The notes under the pieces were generated by a model. The model was given only the letters and a program-made list of their open reading frames with translations. It was not told the origin of the DNA and did no database searches. DNA of 64,000 bases from Octopus bimaculoides (Eukaryota), in assembly GCF_001194135.2 (NCBI RefSeq), contig NC_068990.1, positions 34,142,239-34,206,238 of the forward strand. Direction: 5' to 3'. A program made the position numbers and the translations under genes. Below, one piece after another: positions 60,950 through 64,000 of this stretch (its first letter is position 1; every line of letters starts with the position of its first letter).

Positions 60950-63030
60950 GCCGGCCCCAAGCCTAGAGGAAGAAGTAAGGGGTGGTTGGACACCCAAGCT
61001 AGTAATTCAGCTGTAAAAATTAAGAATCATTAAAGAAACAGCACCAAAAATTTACAAGAATGGACAACATGAGGAGGAAGGTGCTGGAGAAACACCATTT
61101 ATGGTGGGCCCTAATGTAGGCTGAAAGTAAGTTAAAGCCCCACAAAAGCCTGATTCTGAATACCAAAGCCACAGCAAAGATCAGAACTCAGAATGTACAA
61201 ACAGTGTACTAAACTGGAAGACTTGGGCCAACTTTTGAGAGAATTTGATGGATACCAGCTGGACATCTTAGGCATTAGTGAAATGAAGTGGACAGGTAGT
61301 GGAGAGACTCTCCTGTATTACAGTCATGAAGACAAGCACATGCACAGTGTAGGCATGGTGCTTAACAAAGAAGCACCAAGTGGAAACTAGTAAATGAGTG
61401 AATTGTCACTGTGAGATTCCAATCACCACCATTGTGATGGCCTCTGCGCCAATTGAAGATACTGATGATGCAACAAAAGATGCTTTCTATAGGCAGCTTC
61501 AAGACAAATTCAATGATATCTCCAGTTACGATGTCAAGCTGCTGATTGGTGACATGAGTGTGCAACTCCACAACAATAGCAAAGAACTGAACTGTATCAG
61601 TGGGCCATTTGGCTGTGCACAAAGAAATACTGACAAAGATGAATGACTGGCTTTTCTGTAATATCAATAGCCTGAACATCAGCAACAAAGTTTTTCAAAC
61701 ATAAGTGGATCCATGAGTCAGCTTGAACCCTGGTCAATGAAAGAAAAAGAAAGCAAAGGATGAAGGAGACAGAACAACAACAAAACAGATAGGAAAGAAC
61801 AGATACTGCCAATTGGGAACAGGATCAGCCAGTCAAAGGGCACTGTTGCAGAGACAAGTGCAAGAGGCAAAAGAAGTAGCCAGAGAAAAATTATGCAAAG
61901 ACTCTGTTCTCATTTGCTTCTGTACAATGTGGTACAAAGAGCAATGCAAATATTCCAATAAAAGGCAAGAATGGTAAGATCTTGGTAGTGGATGGGGAAG
62001 CAACACTGGAAATGGATGGAACATTTTCAGGAAACACTCAATCAGTCAGCCTCAACTATGTTTGGTTTCACCTAGAGACCAGTAACTGCACCTCTTGAAA
62101 TGTGATGGCAAAATTGAGGAAAAGGAAATGAGAGATGCTATCAAAACCAGGAAAAACAAGACTGTAGGACTAGAAGAGATCTCTACAAAATTGTTGCAGC
62201 ATGGTGGGGGCATTATGACTGTGGCATTGACAACATTGGTGAATCACTATTAGCAGGAAGCATACGGCCATCAAGATTGGTAGCAAGGGATGAGTGTGAA
62301 ATTGCAGGAGAAGAGAAATGTAGCAGACTATAACTAATGAAGAGGTATCACGCTACTGTTGATCCTGGGCAAGGAGTTTTACAAAGTGCATCCGAGAAGG
62401 CTATGACGAGCATTGGATTATGTTCTGTGTGAAGACCGGGTTGACTTCAGGAGCAACTGGTCGAGCACAGAACAGATTTTCAGTCTACTGAACATCACTG
62501 AGCAGTGCTTTGAATACCCAGACAGAAGCCACTGGATGTTAGTTTCATTACAACCACAAGTGTGCAAAAGGAATTCCTCTGAAACAATGTCATGTCATGT
62601 CATAAAGCATCTTGCATCACTATCAACATCTTCAAAAGTTTACACAATAACACAAGCTATTGCATAAAAACTGAATCTGAAATGACAGAGGTCTTCAGTA
62701 TTGTCTCCTGAGTCAGGCAAGGTTACATATGTTCTCCTCTGCAGGCTCTGCTGACTGCTGACTTTCTCTTGAAAAAGACTGACCCTGCTTTCTCTATGGA
62801 TTCCAGACTTTACTGATGACATGACATTGATAGCACACAACAGTGAAAATCTGAAAAGAGCTGAAAACATCACTGCAACAAAGACAAATGTGATGAAGTC
62901 CAATAACAGCGACCAAGAAATAGCTATCAAAACTGAAAAGCACAACATACAAGAAGTGAACCAATTCACCAATCAAGAAGTGAACTAATTCACCAGCAGC
63001 ACTGGTGATGTGGAACTGCAGTAGCAGTGT
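60950..63030 (+). mobile_element. RTE (BovB/RTE-1-like) LINE, decayed, with APE and RT
   Basis: LDILGISEMKWTGSG, APIEDTDDATKDAFYRQLQ...LLIGDM, RGITLLLI.GK, FRSNWSSTEQIFSLLNITEQ, VRQGY, DFTDD. Confidence 0.85.
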
Positions 63031-63714
63031 TCCAGCATATGGAACATGTGCATGTGGCTATGCATATGTGTGTGTATGCATGCATGTATATATGGTTATA
63101 TGTGTGCATATACACCCAGAACCACGCTAATAACTTAGGAGTGAAATTTAGGATTTCTCAGTTTTCTGTAAATCGGTTTTCATAAAACTTTTCCCACCTG
63201 GTTTGCACACTAACGCAACACCATTGTTATGTTTTCATTATTCTGTGTAACATACTTTCTTTTTTATTGCAGATTCTTCAGTTTTGGGGTGAACCATGCT
63301 AATAGGTTTTGAATGAAAATAGCCAATCTAGACATTTTTTTTCAGAAGATGAAGGGTAATGATACATATTAAGAATACATTGAGTATGCTTAATATATTT
63401 AACAGAAAACCATAATAATATTATAACATTTATTGACATAATGAATTATTTAGCCATATAAGTGCCATTAAGTATTTAATGTACACAGTATAAAGATATG
63501 AGCTATTAAAAGTTTCATGCATTGGAGACACAATCATGCTATAAAAACCTATCTAGAATTATATTTTCAGGGCTCATATCTTTATGATATGTACATTAAA
63601 TGATGTGTGTGTAAACACAGTTATATACATACATGTGTGTGTGTGCAAATATATATACATATACACATACACACACACATCTGAAGGCTAAAATCGTAGC
63701 AACACATTATGACC

Positions 63715-64000
63715 AACACATCAACATCATCATTTAATGTCCACTTTCCAAGCTGGCATGGGTTGGACGGTTTGACTGAGGGCTGGCAAGCCAGATGGCT
63801 GCACTAGGCTCCAATCTTATCTAGCAGAGTTTCTACAGTTGGATGCCCTTCCTAACGCCAACCACTCCGAGAGTGTAGTGGGTGCTTTTACTTGCCACCA
63901 GCACGAGGGCCAGTCAGATGGTACTGGCAACAGCCATGCTCAAATGGTGTTTTTACATGCCACCTGCACAGGAGCCAGTCCAACGGCATTGGCAACAACC
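63715..64000 (-). mobile_element. Element E 3' part, continuing off the right edge
   Basis: Reverse complement of the E tail (ggatgcccttcctaacgccaaccactcc). Confidence 0.85.

Overview
AT-rich animal genomic DNA, dense in microsatellites, with about ten large N-gaps. The SINE repertoire and (AT)n/(AC)n density point to an Octopus assembly (inference from family resemblance; no search was run). No host protein-coding gene could be recognised, and most of the ORF track is translated microsatellites or gaps. Retroelements: four tRNA-derived SINE families (called A-D here), an RTE-tailed non-autonomous element (E), and fragments of Tx1/L1-, CR1-, RTE-, R4/RLE- and Penelope-type elements. DNA elements: hAT, Tc/mariner and foldback MITEs, a decayed mariner transposase and Helitrons. 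Three promoter-like motif clusters lie near 0.3 kb (minus), 19.3 kb (plus) and 35.5-36.4 kb, and CpG-retaining and CpG-depleted domains alternate. The most interesting signal is an apparent Tx1-driven system. Two tandem Tx1-clade elements (one ORF1-only) end in the same 3' tail as SINE-B. Twice, a SINE-B copy is nested at the same position in the head of another SINE-B with a 25-29 bp target duplication. This suggests sequence-specific, self-targeting retrotransposition that builds SINE arrays.
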